The position numbers and the translations under genes are program-made. From NCBI GenBank assembly GCA_031216635.1, contig CM062276.1, positions 7,363,185 to 7,427,184 on the forward strand: DNA of 64,000 bases, read 5' to 3'. The DNA comes from Dissostichus eleginoides (taxonomy: Eukaryota). The number at the start of each line of letters is the position of its first letter. The first letter of the stretch is position 1. Below are positions 51,501 to 64,000 of this stretch, piece by piece. The notes beneath the pieces are model-generated. The model ran no database searches. It was not told the DNA's origin and saw only the letters and a list, made by a program, of their open reading frames with translations.

Positions 51501-54426
51501 TGCAGTCGAATAAAGTTTCCAAACTATTGTGGAGTCAGTTATACTTAAAGTCACATCATCCACACTGTCTTCGGATCCCTAAGGATGACTGCTTGTGGTT
51601 CTTTGGTTTGCCAAGAGTGTAATCTAGATGTCCAAACATAGCTTCAGTGTGCGACATGATGTGCACATCCTCTATCATTTAGGTCTCGCTGCTGTGACAC
51701 AGCGTGTTAATCTCAGCTGTGCTGTGTCTCCGCTCTGAACAGATATCCGCTGTCCTTTCTGCTCCAAGCCTTTCCCTGGGGGTCGGATCGAGGATCACCT
51801 GCTGAGCTGCCTCACGTCTCCTCCCCTACCATACAATAGTAAGTATCATATATCCCCAAAATGGCACAAAGCCTGTGATTTTTAAAGCTCTGGAAACACT
51901 TAAAGTTGCTATGTGTGTGTACAGCGGATGTGCTCAGTAAAGACAGTGGAGAGTGCTCCATCTGTTTGGAGGATCTGATGCAGGGAGAGACCATCGCCAG
52001 GCTGGCCTGCCTCTGCGTCTACCATAAGAGGTAACAAAGTTCAGTTGATATATTTGCATTATAATAAAATGCAGAGAGACGGGTTGAAAAATGCAAATTC
52101 CGCTAGTGAGATTAAAAACAACGTTGTGCCTATGGCTATTTCCAGATCTGGAAAAATGTGGTAACTGGGGTAATGATTCTCTTAAATAAGGAAGCAAACG
52201 TTTTTCTGTACTAGTGCATGTATCACTTCACATTTCTGAGAGAGGTCTATTGTCCTTTTCCAGGATCTGATGGTTTCACTTCTGAGTTATTGTCATTAAA
52301 ACTTAATATTTTAACATGGGATCAAATGATGAGTACTACTCAAGATCTTTTTTACTTTGTCTCAGGAAAAGATCAGCAGTGTGTTTCTTTCTTCTTATTT
52401 TACAAGTAAATCATATTTGCTAATGGTGCTTTCAATAACGGCATCATCATTACATCTTAATTAGACCTTTTTACACATACCCCGCAAGTACTTTGTCAGC
52501 ACTTTGAAACTTCTACTATCAGGAAATAACCATGAGGTTGTAAAAGACCCACCAGTGTTTGCATGTTGCAGCCCATATCCTAATCATTTCAAAGCACACG
52601 GTTATGTTCCAGATACGGTTTTTCCCAACTTTGAAAGGGGAAACGGTTTCCCTTCATTTAGCTCCGTGTGAGACGGCACTTGCTGAGACTTGTAATTTTC
52701 CAAGATGAGTTCATTCATCACAGTGAAGATCCTGTCTGCTCTTTTTTTCCATCTGTGTGGGTTCAACCGTTTGAAATGCTTTTTTTATTTGAAATTAACA
52801 TTCTGATAACAACATTGACAACATTAAAAGCACACATGGTGTTTAACTGACAGATAACCAGCAGAGGGACAGTATACTTTAAAGAGGCCTTATTATGCTT
52901 TTCTGGTTTTCCTTTTCCTGTAGTGTGTTGTTTAGGTTTTTGTGCATGTTAACGGTCTTGAAAGCCCCCCCCCCCTGCCTGAAATGCCTCCATTTGACTC
53001 CTGCGTTTACTTTTACATTACATTACATTGCATTTAGCTTTCATGTAAAGCGACTTACAATAGTGCATTCGACCAAGAAGATACAAACTTGAAGAAAACA
53101 GAATCATATAAGAACATCAGGTTTCATAGAGCCAAAACATTTCAAGTGCTACTCAACTGGCTTTAGATAAGCCAGTCCTTTGTTAGTATATAAGTGCTTT
53201 GTTAGCAATTCTTTGTTAGTAATTCTATCGCTCGAAGTGGAGTCGAAAGAGATGAGTTTTCAGTCTGCTGTTTACTTCCGCTACATAGTGACATCACCAT
53301 GTAACACTTTTGCTTCTATTAGCTAGCGCTCCAACACATTGAACATGATAGTCTAATGGGTGGGACATATCTAAGAGGTTGACCAATCACAACAGAGCCG
53401 GCCAGCTAACCAATCAGAGCAGACTGGGTTCTGGTTTCAGACAGAGGGTGAAAAGAGGTGCTGCAGTATGAGACAAATAAAGAACTTTTTGAACATTAAA
53501 GCATGGAGACATGTCCCAGGAGAGGCGCAACATACAAATATGAACCTGAAATAGCGTAATAGGGCCCCTTTTTAAAAGACGTTTTTCTCAGATAAAGCCT
53601 TTAAGCTTTTAGCTGTGTGCCGCTAGGTGTGGCTGTTTGGCTGTGACACGCTGGTCCACCCAGTACAGAGTAGGGATTTGGAAAGAGCCTGGAATTTTTT
53701 AAAAACTAAAAGATGACGGTGTTCAAAATGAGCATACAGTTCATGTTCACAAAGTGTACAGAAGGAACGTTATTTTAACAACCCATATATTAGTATAGGG
53801 CTGCCAGGAGACCATCTGTGACTTTTCTCTCACATAGTCGATGAATCATCTGGTCTTAAAAGAATCTGGAAAAAGTGCATAAAGGGCGTCACAATTTCCT
53901 AAAGCTCAAGATAATTTGACCCAGTCTAAAACCCGAACATACTTCTTTAAATGTGACGCAAGATAAATACATTGCTGAGCTGTAACTTGTACAGTCTTGC
54001 ATTTTATTTGAAAGTTTAATTAAATAAATGTATGTCAATGTAATATCCAAAAAGTTGCTTATTATTTAGTCGTCCTTATTTTTTTGATAAAATACTCAAA
54101 TATAGAATAGTTGTTTCATCTCTATATTTGTGATGGGGAATACTACTGTTCTTTGGTCCTGTTGCATTTAACGAGTCAGAGAGCCATCAAACATAAAATA
54201 TTCACAGCCCTCTGCACTGATTACTTTAGTCTGGTTCCCACACTGTCAGTAAGTGGATTAAGCCTTTTGGGATTCACCACAACCAAAAACCAGGCAGAGA
54301 GGTTTAGCAACAATTACATCAGCTAATCAAAAAATATAATGACTCTTTGTTCTCCTCTCTCCCTGTAGCTGCATTGACTCCTGGTCCAAGGTGAAGCCCT
54401 GCTGCCCTGAACACCCCTTCGATTGA
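48582..54426 (+). CDS. znrf2-like: ZNRF1/ZNRF2-family RING-H2 E3 ubiquitin ligase (zinc and RING finger), 4 coding exons: 48582-49104, 51743-51838, 51925-52030, 54369-54426.
   Basis: Exon 1 begins MGTRASRLQEDP (an N-myristoylation context) followed by a long S/P/G/D-rich region. Exon 2 encodes IRCPFCSKPFPGGRIEDHLLSCLTSPPLPYN (human FKCPVCSK...HLVMCLTKPRITYN). Exons 3-4 encode DVLSKDSGECSICLEDLMQGETIARLACLCVYHKR|CIDSWSKVKPCCPEHPFD*, which tracks human ZNRF2 DVLSKDAGECAICLEELQQGDTIARLPCLCIYHKGCIDEWFEVNRSCPEHPSD. All junctions are GT-AG with consistent phases 1, 1 and 2. Confidence 0.8.
49110..49700. repeat. Composite palindrome-rich repeat in ZNRF intron 1. A direct duplication of about 75 bp (49125-49200 and 49562-49625) brackets two perfect palindromes at about 49375-49445 and about 49440-49560.
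   Basis: The first palindrome reads gtttttaacggcattatatatattgcacat|...|atgtgcaatatatataatgccgttaaaaac. The second reads cacagactataacacctcttgttaaatgctaactatgtgcaatat|atattgcacatagttggtatttaacaagaggtgttatagtctgtgtg. A tail at 49640-49700 recurs at 44980-45065 and 47925-48000. Confidence 0.7.
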
Positions 54427-57113
54427 CTCCGGGGTCACATGTTTTCTGCACAGTGACCAACCGACTCAGGTATGTACGTGTGAATTTACCTAAAAACCAG
54501 GATATGCAATAGCAAACTTTTCAATATTGTCTTTTTTTATATTTTATACCAAATGCTCCTTTTTTTTGATGGCTTGCTCAAGGAAATCTGGCTTTTTTGT
54601 TCCATGAAACAAAGGAAGCCAAAGTTCTTAAAGTAAATGTTAAACACAAATTGTAACCCTGACCCTAACCCTGAGAAAAATGGTCTTAAATTGGTTTGAA
54701 ATCATGAACTATCTGATCATATAACAAATATGTCTATCCCTCTAAGGATCTATTCGACACGATTTTCCTACAGAAATATACATGCTGTTACAGGCATTAT
54801 TTTGTCTAATCTTCACCCTTTCTTTTTCCGCCCTTACAGGAGACTACACTGAATCCCAATAAAATCCCAATAAAAATGTGTAATCAGACGAATAAAAACC
54901 CACTGTCCTTCTCCCTCGCAAACACAAATTTGATTGGAGAACAGACGATCCCAAGAAGAAGCTTCTCCGTTTGGATCGGTCCATTTGAACTTGGTCGAGG
55001 CCATTTCGATGTCGCTCCGTCTAATCTCCGGTCGAGATCCTTGTTGGAATACAAGTGGAGGAGTTTCGCTTTCTATTTTACAGACTTGGTTTGAATCAAC
55101 GGAGCTTATATATAAATATATACAGTATATATAAAAAAAAAAACTATCCCAGTACGATGGAAATTGCCCGGAGTGATCGTGAACTTTGGGGAGGAACACG
55201 TAAGATTTGACCGTGGATTTTCTCCCATGTATTTTTCTCTCCCTCCAAACGATTGGTCCTTTTTATTAAGTATTTTGCAAAAAGAGTATTGTTCCATGTC
55301 ATACATTGGATGAATGTTTTTCTTTCCTCGGGCTAACCCCAAATGAACCAACCTCACACCAAAAGCGTGAACCGTTACCACGTAAACGTTGCTTTATTTT
55401 GAACCAGCTGGTGGTCGAGGGCTTGATTTTGGTGAATGGGTGCTGCCGTTAATAGGTGTATTCTCTTTTCTATTACCTGTAAACATTTCAGGGGAAGTTT
55501 GGGGGCAAATCGTTTTTCTAAGTAGGTCAGTTTTTTTGTAGGTGGTTGGTCAGCGCCGAGGTTAACGTGCTGCTACTTGCTGAGTGTTGAGGAAAAGGTT
55601 GTAGGTATTCCATGGGGTCGTAGAAGCGCTGGTGTTAGCACCAATTTGAGCACTTTTGTCCTTCAAGGCTGATTCATTTTAATTTTTTTCACATAAAATC
55701 TGGGATAAGGTTGTGTGAGTGTGTATGTTTGTGTGTTCAAATGATGACCAGGGACAGGAAATGTTCTGAGCATGAGTGTGTATTCAAGAGAGTGTGATTT
55801 TGTCTGTGTGTGTTTACTGTAAATTGCCTAAAGTATGCTTGGTCAAGCGGGTTACCCTTTCTTTTTTTATGATAATTTTGTATTCCAATGAAGCTGGCCA
55901 ACAGCCGTTACACGTGGCATTGGTACGCAACGTGTCTCATGTGGTCCCGTTGTACTTTGAATGCGGTTTAGTGTTTTTTTCCTCCCACAATCCCCTCTTC
56001 TTCCTCCTCATTCGCAACCGCTCTGTCCGGATTTTTGGATCAGCGACGTTTTGCCATCTGGTTAAACTCATGCCAGGGATAAAGAGGACGGATTGAGGGA
56101 TGTATTTTTGGGGCATATTTACACCATGTGGCATCTGCCTCTCCCCAACACTGGAGGCTATTGGACAGCTGATGGTAAATTATTACATAACTCCCCCCCG
56201 ACCCCCTATCTTTTTTTGGGATTTTACATATTATATCATCACATAATTATTGCTCTGTGTTAAATGGCTTTCCTTTGCATTGTGCGTGTGTGTTGATTGC
56301 CTTTGCCTGGTGAAGGGTTTCTTTGTGCAAGCAGGTATTTGTGGTGTTTTTGAGGGCTGAACTGAAGCCCCGCAGTAAAGGCTGCTCAACAGATCCTGTC
56401 TAACATTGGGATGAGAACACACAACATGAATCGATTGCTTTGCCTGCCTGAACCACGTGTTTTAAATCGCTGCTCAAAAGTGGTATGGATCAGTTTGGAG
56501 GTCAGCCCGGTGCACAGGTTTCCTACTGGCTAGTTTGTTCACCCCAGCCTCTTGTTTTCCCCAGTGTTCTGCAGTCTGAGGTGCTACAACTTGTCCGGCC
56601 ACTAGAGGGCAGCCATTCTAACTTTTTGTATCTGAGAATATAAAGAAAATAATGCCAAAAGTCTGTCTGTATTTGGGGGCATTGTGTGAGAGAGTGTTGA
56701 AGACTAAGTGCATTGATCATTAGACGTTACATTTGTTGTGGTGATAAGTTATGACGTTGTATACTTTGGCTGGGAGGGATGCGTGTGTGTGTGTGTGTGT
56801 GTTTGCTTGCAGGAGTTTGTGGTGGTGTTTGGGTTGTTGACAAAGATAAAAAGACAATCTGAAACCCCACATTACTCTCATTTACTTTCTTACCCCCTCT
56901 AAGCTGTGTGGTGCAATACCTCAATCTTTACCAATGCTAACTAAACGTTGTGTGTGTTAAATAGCTCCAACAAAGGACGGTCTTTTGTATAAATGTCCCT
57001 GAATCTTTTGGTTTTAAATCAGGGCACTATTGCCCCAATGTTTTCGAAGAGTCACCACAGCGGCAACTGCACCCCGAAGATATGGACAATCTGCCTTTAC
57101 TCTGGTATAACGA

Positions 57114-57262
57114 AATAAATTGAAATTCTATTTATTAAATTGTAAATATGTAATGCAATTCAAGAAAATGGCTTGGTCTTTGTCTGTTCAATATACTGTT
57201 TCTAAGCTCCTATCTTTTGTATGTCTCCGAAAATTGTTTTTATATGTATTTTTTACAATAAA
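57114..57262 (+). other. Candidate AATAAA polyadenylation signals (57114-57119 and 57257-57262) ending a roughly 2.7-2.9 kb ZNRF 3'UTR.
   Basis: These are AATAAA hexamers downstream of the stop at 54426. There is no other plus-strand coding between them and the stop. Confidence 0.25.
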
Positions 57263-57999
57263 TATGTGTGAGATGTTTTGTGAACGTCAGTTTTGTGTTT
57301 TTTAAGTGTTTTCAATGATGTTTGTGGTTGTTGGTCCCTTTCCGTGAGACATGAAACTTTTTATTATAATGAGAATTTAAATTACACATTATAAAATGAT
57401 TACTTTATATTTATTCCGATAAACTTTTGGCACTTGACAATTTAGAAATGTATTCTTTAAAAGAAACGGCTTTCTTTTTTTGCAAATCCTAGAAGAGCTG
57501 CAATTTATACTTTTCATTATAGATACATCTGCAAATAATTTTTACATTTTTATTAGATAAAATATGAAACAAAAAGAAGTCACACACTTGCTCTTTTTGT
57601 CCAGCAGTCCAAAGATATTCAGGGTGATATATAACTCCCATTTAAGATCTGAATCTTGAATGTAACTGAAACGATAGAATATAACACAAATAATCATTCA
57701 TTTTAACTCCGTGAATATTTAAACAAATTGTTTTATCTCTAAATGTTTGCATTATATGTTTAAAGACGTATGTAGCCTGTTTATTTATTTGTGGTTTTGT
57801 TTCCTTTTAATAGTTAAAGATAAGGGAGCAAAAACGGACGCCAAACATTTTCAGGCCAAGTATTCTCAAACAATAATACATCCTTTTTTTTGTCTGAGCT
57901 GCCACAAAGTGACCGCCTCTTTTACAACGTCTGACCTACTTTCAATCAAAGACAGATTTCCGATAAAAGTTTTTTTTTTTAAAACATCACTCCAGGAAG

Positions 58000-60900
58000 T
58001 GTAACTCTACACCACATGCTGATAGAAATAAAGACACCCACCACAATATGAGGTTTTCTTTCTGTCAGCTTTGCCTCTCAGCACAGTCAGTTGTCAGACA
58101 CATCTATAACCCAACAGGTAAGCACTCTCTGTTGTGTATTATTTAATATCATTTTGTGTGAAAAGATTTTAAACAAACATTATTTGGTTAAAGATAATCC
58201 TTTAAGTGATCCCAGCCACTATTCCTACTATTATCTGCTCATGCAGATACTGCTTATTTGACTTGAATTGCTTTAACATGTTTTAAATATCTCATAGCAG
58301 TAGTGTCAGTGATAGACGACTCATAACACCTGCCAGACAAATAAATGACTTTATTGCTAGATACCACTGTGGGTACATTGGGTGTTATGGTGTATGATAT
58401 ACGTAAACAGAGGAACAGGTATATTAAGTAAAACTACAACAATGGATCATTGAAACTCAGTGTATTTTTTTTTTTTTGTTCAGCAGTAAATTACGTTTTC
58501 TGTAACATTTGATGTGCTCATTTGTGTGGAAGATCTTGTATGTATGTTTATTACCAAGGACCAAGGTTCAAGGTTCAAGGTTCAAGGCTTTTATTAGTCT
58601 CCTCCAACATTGATACAATCTAAGTTAATTGGATGCTAGCTTTGTGTTGCCAGACAGCTTTTACTGTTCTGTAGCTGGAAGATTTTTGCCCATTTTATGC
58701 ACATATTTCACCCACAATTCGCCCTATCTTTGGACATTGCATATTGCATTCAATGTTTTGTTTTTTGCAAAGGATTGTCAAAGGCAGTACAGTTCATCAA
58801 AATACTCAGAAATAGTACAACAGCTTTCCTGCGCTCAACTGAAAGTGCTGCTTCATACACAGTCAAATCCAGAGTGTTAATTTAACACTCCGGATTTGAC
58901 TGTGTACATAAACGGCAGATGAGAATCCAGGGAAACGGTTGATCACTCCTGATGCCAATCCTGATTTATTACGACTGAGACACCATCACATGCAAAACAA
59001 ATAAGCCTTTCCTCTCAACTGTATTCTGTAAAAGCCTCTTTAACAGTTTATAACACGCTATCAGTGCTCAGCGAGTGATCATCTCAGCAGTCATGTTTTC
59101 CATTCATCTATTTTTATTTCCTGTTGATAAAGATGCTGGGTTTTCCCCCCATTTCTTGTTCAGCAGCATTCACCAGGTGAAGGTTGAACGCTTTACCACA
59201 ACATACAAGCCTTGGATAAAGCTCATTTTTATACTTTGCATTCTGGGAGATCATAATTTGTTATTTATTTGAGTTTAGTTTGTTATCTGTTTTATCGTCT
59301 CTTTTTGGCCTTGCTGATGTTGAACGACCTGCTCTCTCTGATCCACCTTGTTGCCCTGCTCAAGCTGCTGCCTGCCTCTTTATATTTATTTAAAGCACAT
59401 TAACTTCAAACAGATCTTCATGGATATTTATTGTCTCAACAGGAATAAAATCCAACCTAATTTCTCAACTGTCTTTTTGAATGTTAATAAAGCAGGTCAA
59501 GCTCTTCTCTGTTTCTTTCTGATCCTGGCCATGCTGCTTCTTGTTTCTGACCTCTATCTACTTTCTTGCGTTGGCTCCCGCTAACACCAAACAAGGATAC
59601 TTTTAGCTTTACTGCAGGTGGTCAAAACATTAACTGCTGATCAAACAGCTCCACAACTTAATGAGTAAATGATATACAATAGATGTTAGCAGAAAGTACT
59701 TCCCATTTCCCACTTCAGCTGCTGAGCAGAATTGATCCTTTTTGACTAATTGTTTGCATCAGTTTCCTTTTTCTTTGACTGAACTTCTGTGTTTGACCCA
59801 CATTTTCCTCCAGCATGTCCGATACAACAGACCTCCTCACATCCAGAGACACACAGCAGGCTCCTGGTGATGATGCATCCTCTCTACCACCGCCCTACCA
59901 AGGAGAGCAACCTCCACCCTACTCTGCAGACCCGAAAATGCACCCTGTAGCCAAAGCAGACACAACCTGCACCAAACAGTCTAGCACTGGGTACAAGTCT
60001 TTCCGGGACATCATCCCAGAAGGTCTGTCGGACACAACTCTACTGATCGCCTCGTCTTCTTTCGATGACAAGATAGTGAGGAGAGCGTTTGTTAGAAAGG
60101 TTTGTCCGACTTCCCATTCTAAGGGGAGATTACTTACAGGATATGAAAGCATATATTTACAACACAACATTGTGTATTTTTTTCAGAGTTTGTCCTTCAA
60201 GCTGTAAATCAATGACACACTCCTTTACGCTGTAAATCCAACTGAATTACCTTGTTGAGACTCTAATAACGATTACAATAAGTCATCTGAAAAGGAAATA
60301 ATACTTTAGGACATATGTAACTAGTTAAAAAAAAGGCGTTCACAGACATTGATTTGTTTTCAGGGGTTAGGAACCTCTGTTTTACAGAAATCCGAGCTAA
60401 AACAGTAAATCATATGAAGCATAAAATCACCCTGATACAAATAATTGATTAGGTAAGCAGGTAGAGCTACAGGTTCTTGTTTTTAAAGTTATTATAACAA
60501 AATGCATAATGGCTGGTGCCAAAAGTTTGTCTGACATCATCATGACAGTTTGGATTGATCTTGAACTAAATCTTTGTAATGCTATTAAGTATATGAACAT
60601 ATGATGGGTTCATTTACAAAAAGAATATATTTGTTTCTAAAAAATGTTGTTCCTGTTTTCAGCGATTGTGAATCAAACTGGTTTGGTTTGACCAATATTT
60701 ACTATGTTCATTTACTAGTTTATTCTCATGTAAGAGGTTTCTAAGGTTAAAGGGGATCAATGCATTAGACCACCCTGACTATTGGACCCTGCAAAGCACA
60801 TTAAAGCACTAAAGTTTCTAGAGAGCTAATTAAAAAAACGAAGTGCATGCTGGAAAGTGTGTTATCCTCTGCTCATTTTTGTGAATGCTTGGACAGCCTA

Positions 60901-61179
60901 TTTCTTTAACCTACAATGTCAAAATTATAGCTGTTTTACCCAAAAATGTAGTAGTGAAGTTTGTTTATTCATCTTTCCCTGCAGGTGTTCAGCATCCTCA
61001 CTGTCCAGGCGCTGTTCACCTTCAGTGTGGTGTGTTTGTTCATCACAAGAGGAGGTGATGTGGAGCAGAACGACCTGTTTGCCTTCTTCATCTCCCTCAT
61101 CATTTTCATCGCGGCCACCAGCGCCCTCAGCTTCAGCCGAGACATCAGGCAGCGTCACCCGTGGAACATGCTGGGACTG
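58000..61179 (+). CDS. TMBIM / Lifeguard (Bax-inhibitor-1-like; GRINA/FAIM2/TMBIM1 group) gene, partial. A putative non-coding exon lies at about 58000-58118, coding exon 1 at 59814-60099 (ATG 59815), coding exon 2 at 60985-61179, and the gene continues downstream.
   Basis: The peptide is MSDTTDLLTSRDTQQAPGDDASSLPPPYQGEQPPPYSADPK...SSSFDDKIVRRAFVRK|VFSILTVQALFTFSVVCLFI...RDIRQRHPWNMLGL. The FDDKxVRRAFVRKV-SIL-Q and RxHPWN motifs are hallmarks of the Lifeguard family. The acceptor is ttttcctccag|C ATG and the donors are AAG|gtttgt and CTG|gtgtgt. Confidence 0.65.
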
Positions 61180-62289
61180 GTGTGTTACAAATAAAAGAGC
61201 GTAGAAACACATTTCACACAATATAGATACTGTCACAGATTTAATTTAACATTTAATAATGGGCTGCAAGGACAGTTAATCATGAGTTTGCAGGTAAAAG
61301 GAAATATATATTGTGAAACACCTGAGGTCAAACTTCCTGAAATATTAAATATTCTTGTCAACTATAGGCTATCTGCGCCTAAGCGTATTACTGCTCAGTA
61401 AATATCGCTTTTATGGAAATACTTAAATGTAGTAATGATTGAACCTCTCTTTACACGTAATTTGGCTCTGATAAATATGATACCTTGTCCAAATGAAACC
61501 TCCTTTTCCTGTAAGTTTGTGTTCACACTCACAGATTCTGTTTGAGTCATTGAGGGTTTTTTTGCATCTATATTTAGGACATGCTCTGACAAGCTTTTCC
61601 CAAAGAAAGCACAAGCGGAGATATTGTTTATTATAGCCAAAGGAAGTATTTACTAAACATAGACTCTGGTTTACCTTCCAGAAAATAGAATCCAATTACA
61701 ACGTCATAGGCTAAGGCATATGCTAAGGCACAATATTGTGCCAATAACACATAAAATAATGTGCTAAATACTGTGGTTGGAAAACTGCAGGCCCTCTGCT
61801 ATTTGAAGACTCACCAACCACAGGTTAGTGTAACATCGCTGATTCCAAACAAGGGGCCAATTATCAAAACATAACTAAATAAATACAAGGTTACTCAATT
61901 ATAAGTATCTTATCTTTAACCAGGTTTATGAACTCCCTCCACGGCTTTATTAAATGTAGCCTACTTCACTTGCTTTATTTACTACTTTTTATTTTAATGG
62001 TAGCCTATTATTAACGTTAACTTTACTTCCTGCAAGTTAATTTGGTAGTCATATTTGCGGCACATCTATGATAAATAGAGAATGCAATTCCTGAAGAAAT
62101 TGCTAGTGGGAATGCTTTATGCTGAAAAGCTGACGCTAAACTGCTATGCTGAAATGTAATGTGTAAGAAGAAAGTGAAGAATTTAGATTGAAATTATATA
62201 CATGAACACTGGGGGCTTGAATGTGAGATGAGAGAAGAAAAGAAAGTAAAAACGCTTGGAAAAGCAGCAGAATATTTGAACTGCAAACT

Positions 62290-63300
62290 TTTGAACTAAC
62301 TTGATGGCGAATGATCTGTCGCCATGCCAACGGCATTTGATGAGATCCCATAATACGCTTAGATGCATTGATGGCTGCATCATTCCCAAACCTGTGAAGT
62401 TTTGGGCCATTAGGAGAATTTTCACTGAAGTTATGAGAAAACCGTGTTTCATGGTGAGCATTGTGTTGCCATGGCAACGGCAATTGAAGAAATCTCAAAA
62501 CTGTCCCGTAGATGTCTTCACGGCTGGACTGTTAGCACACATGTGAAGTTTGAGCACTTTTTGAACATTTTCATAGGAGTTATAGCGACATCGTCTTTTA
62601 TGGTGAGGGATGCGTTTCCATGGAAACGGCATATGATAACACCCCATAATTGACGTAGAGCTGTTGAGGGCTGGACCGTTAACCATTATCTGAAGTCTGG
62701 TGCTGTTTTGACCCTTTTCATAGGCGTTACGACAACATCGTGTTTTATGGCGAGGGATGCGTTTCCATGGAAACGGCATATGGTGAGATGTCAGATTTGA
62801 CGTAGAGCTGTTGAGGCATGGAGAGGTGATATACAGGTGAAGATTGTGGGACGACCGGACCGTGTCCATTGGAGCTACAGCGACATCGTGTTTTATGGCG
62901 AGGGATGCGTTTCCATGGCAACAGCCTATGGTGAGATCTCAGATTTGGCGTAAAGCTGTTGAGGCATGGACCGGTGATATACAAGCGAAGTTTGGGGGAC
63001 GATCGGACCGTGTCCATTGGAGTTACAGCGACATCGTGTTTTATGGCGAGGGATGCGTTTCCATGAAAACGGCATATGAAGACACCCATTAATTGACGTA
63101 GAGCTGTTGAGGGCAGGACCATTAACCATTTTCTGTTTTATGGCGAGGGATGCGTTGCCATAGTAACACCACAGTACATCAGATTTGATGTAGAGCTGAG
63201 TTAACCATTATCTGAAATCTGCTGCTCTGAGCATGTCAGTTGGAGTTATGACATCATCGTGTTCCATGACACAGGTGTTTATATTTGAGCTAACGACGTG
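62290..63300. repeat. Tandem satellite of about 8 units of 120-150 bp. Each unit contains the 14-bp perfect palindrome GTTTCCATGGAAAC.
   Basis: The unit ...cgacatcgtgttttatggcgagggatgcgtttccatggaaacggcatatggtgagat... recurs. Track ORFs 62495..63129 are periodic artifacts of the repeat. Confidence 0.85.
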
Positions 63301-64000
63301 TCCAGAGATCAAAGGTTTCCATGGTGATGTGCAGTAATCAGTGAGAGGAGAGCATTTTCATTGTTCTGCATGAGAGATAAACCTCTTACATGTGAACGTT
63401 TTGTTGAAGAACCGTAACAGATATCGGTGAAATTCCAAAGCGTGAAGCATGTCAAGGAACTTGAGCATCTGAAGTGTGCTTTTTGTGTACTTTCGGGTTA
63501 ATAATGTGGCCTTTTTGGCAGATTAACTAAAGGTGTGCGGCTGCTGTGGCGGGGAAAGATGAGGCTGAACTTACAATGGGGTTTAATGGAGACATGTTGA
63601 AAGTTTTTGTCACTTCATGCCCTCAAGAGGCATTTTGTTTAATTATTTTGTTTAATTTTTTTTATTTTCAAGCTACGAGATGTTTTCCTACGTTTGTCAT
63701 GAAAAATTATGTCTCAGGAATGTAGGGTTTGGGAATTATGGCAGGTTTAAAAGAAAATATGAAGGCAAAATTAAATCTGTCCTCCACTCTAGCTGTGACA
63801 TCACGCACTCTAAAATCTGAAGAAGGCCTCTTTACCAAGGTCTGAACAATGTTTAATATTTCTAAAAGTATGAATCAGATTTAAAAGTTGTGTTACACGA
63901 ATAATGTCAGAAAGATGTGTAACCTTTTAAAGTTGGAATGAGGTTTCTGAGTGAAAGTATGAAGAAACAGTTAGCAGTTGAAGTCGCATGAAGATTTTTC

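Noticed and set aside
62495-63129. Periodic minus-strand ORFs (HMPFPWKRIPRHKTRC...) that suggested a repeat protein.
   Set aside because: They coincide exactly with the 120-150-bp satellite units and lack consistent splice sites. I read them as a satellite artifact.

Overview
This window is vertebrate nuclear genomic DNA, most likely from a teleost fish, and nothing in it is prokaryotic. The basis is that it holds intron-rich genes with canonical GT-AG splice sites, long dinucleotide microsatellites, MITE copies with TIRs and TSDs, Tol2-like hAT debris, and no operons or CRISPR arrays. I could support four genes. (1) A minus-strand gene runs from about 12560 to before position 1 and continues outside the window. 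It has at least 28 small phase-0 exons, including about 11 tandem pairs that alternate an acidic Ser-rich exon (EDLSAPSELSGSKDNLSVNSNTK, 69 nt) with a basic exon (ETGGVFSGMFKKxPKPxxxRTxSQ, 72 nt). I could not identify the protein, and this is the most novel-looking object in the window. (2) A TEP1 ortholog (telomerase / vault-associated protein 1) lies on the minus strand from 14845 to about 46942 in 45 or more exons. It encodes N-terminal TEP1-type short repeats, TROVE plus a vWA-like region, DUF4062, a NACHT P-loop NTPase and a long WD40 array. (3) A ZNRF1/ZNRF2-family RING-H2 E3 ligase gene lies on the plus strand from 48582 to 54426 (4 coding exons and a long 3'UTR). It is head-to-head with TEP1 across a roughly 1.6 kb region that contains a tandemly duplicated CCAAT-box module. 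(4) A TMBIM/Lifeguard (Bax-inhibitor-like) family gene lies on the plus strand from about 58000 to beyond 61179, and only its first exons are in the window. The introns and spacers hold at least three TTAA-flanked MITE families, a CAGGGTTC-TIR MITE with 6-bp TSDs, a 1 kb (AGTAAGTA)n satellite, a (GCGT)n tract abutting a TEP1 exon, palindrome-rich repeats, and a roughly 120-bp satellite in which each unit carries a 14-bp perfect palindrome. All exon coordinates are hand-derived and should be read as plus or minus 2 nt.
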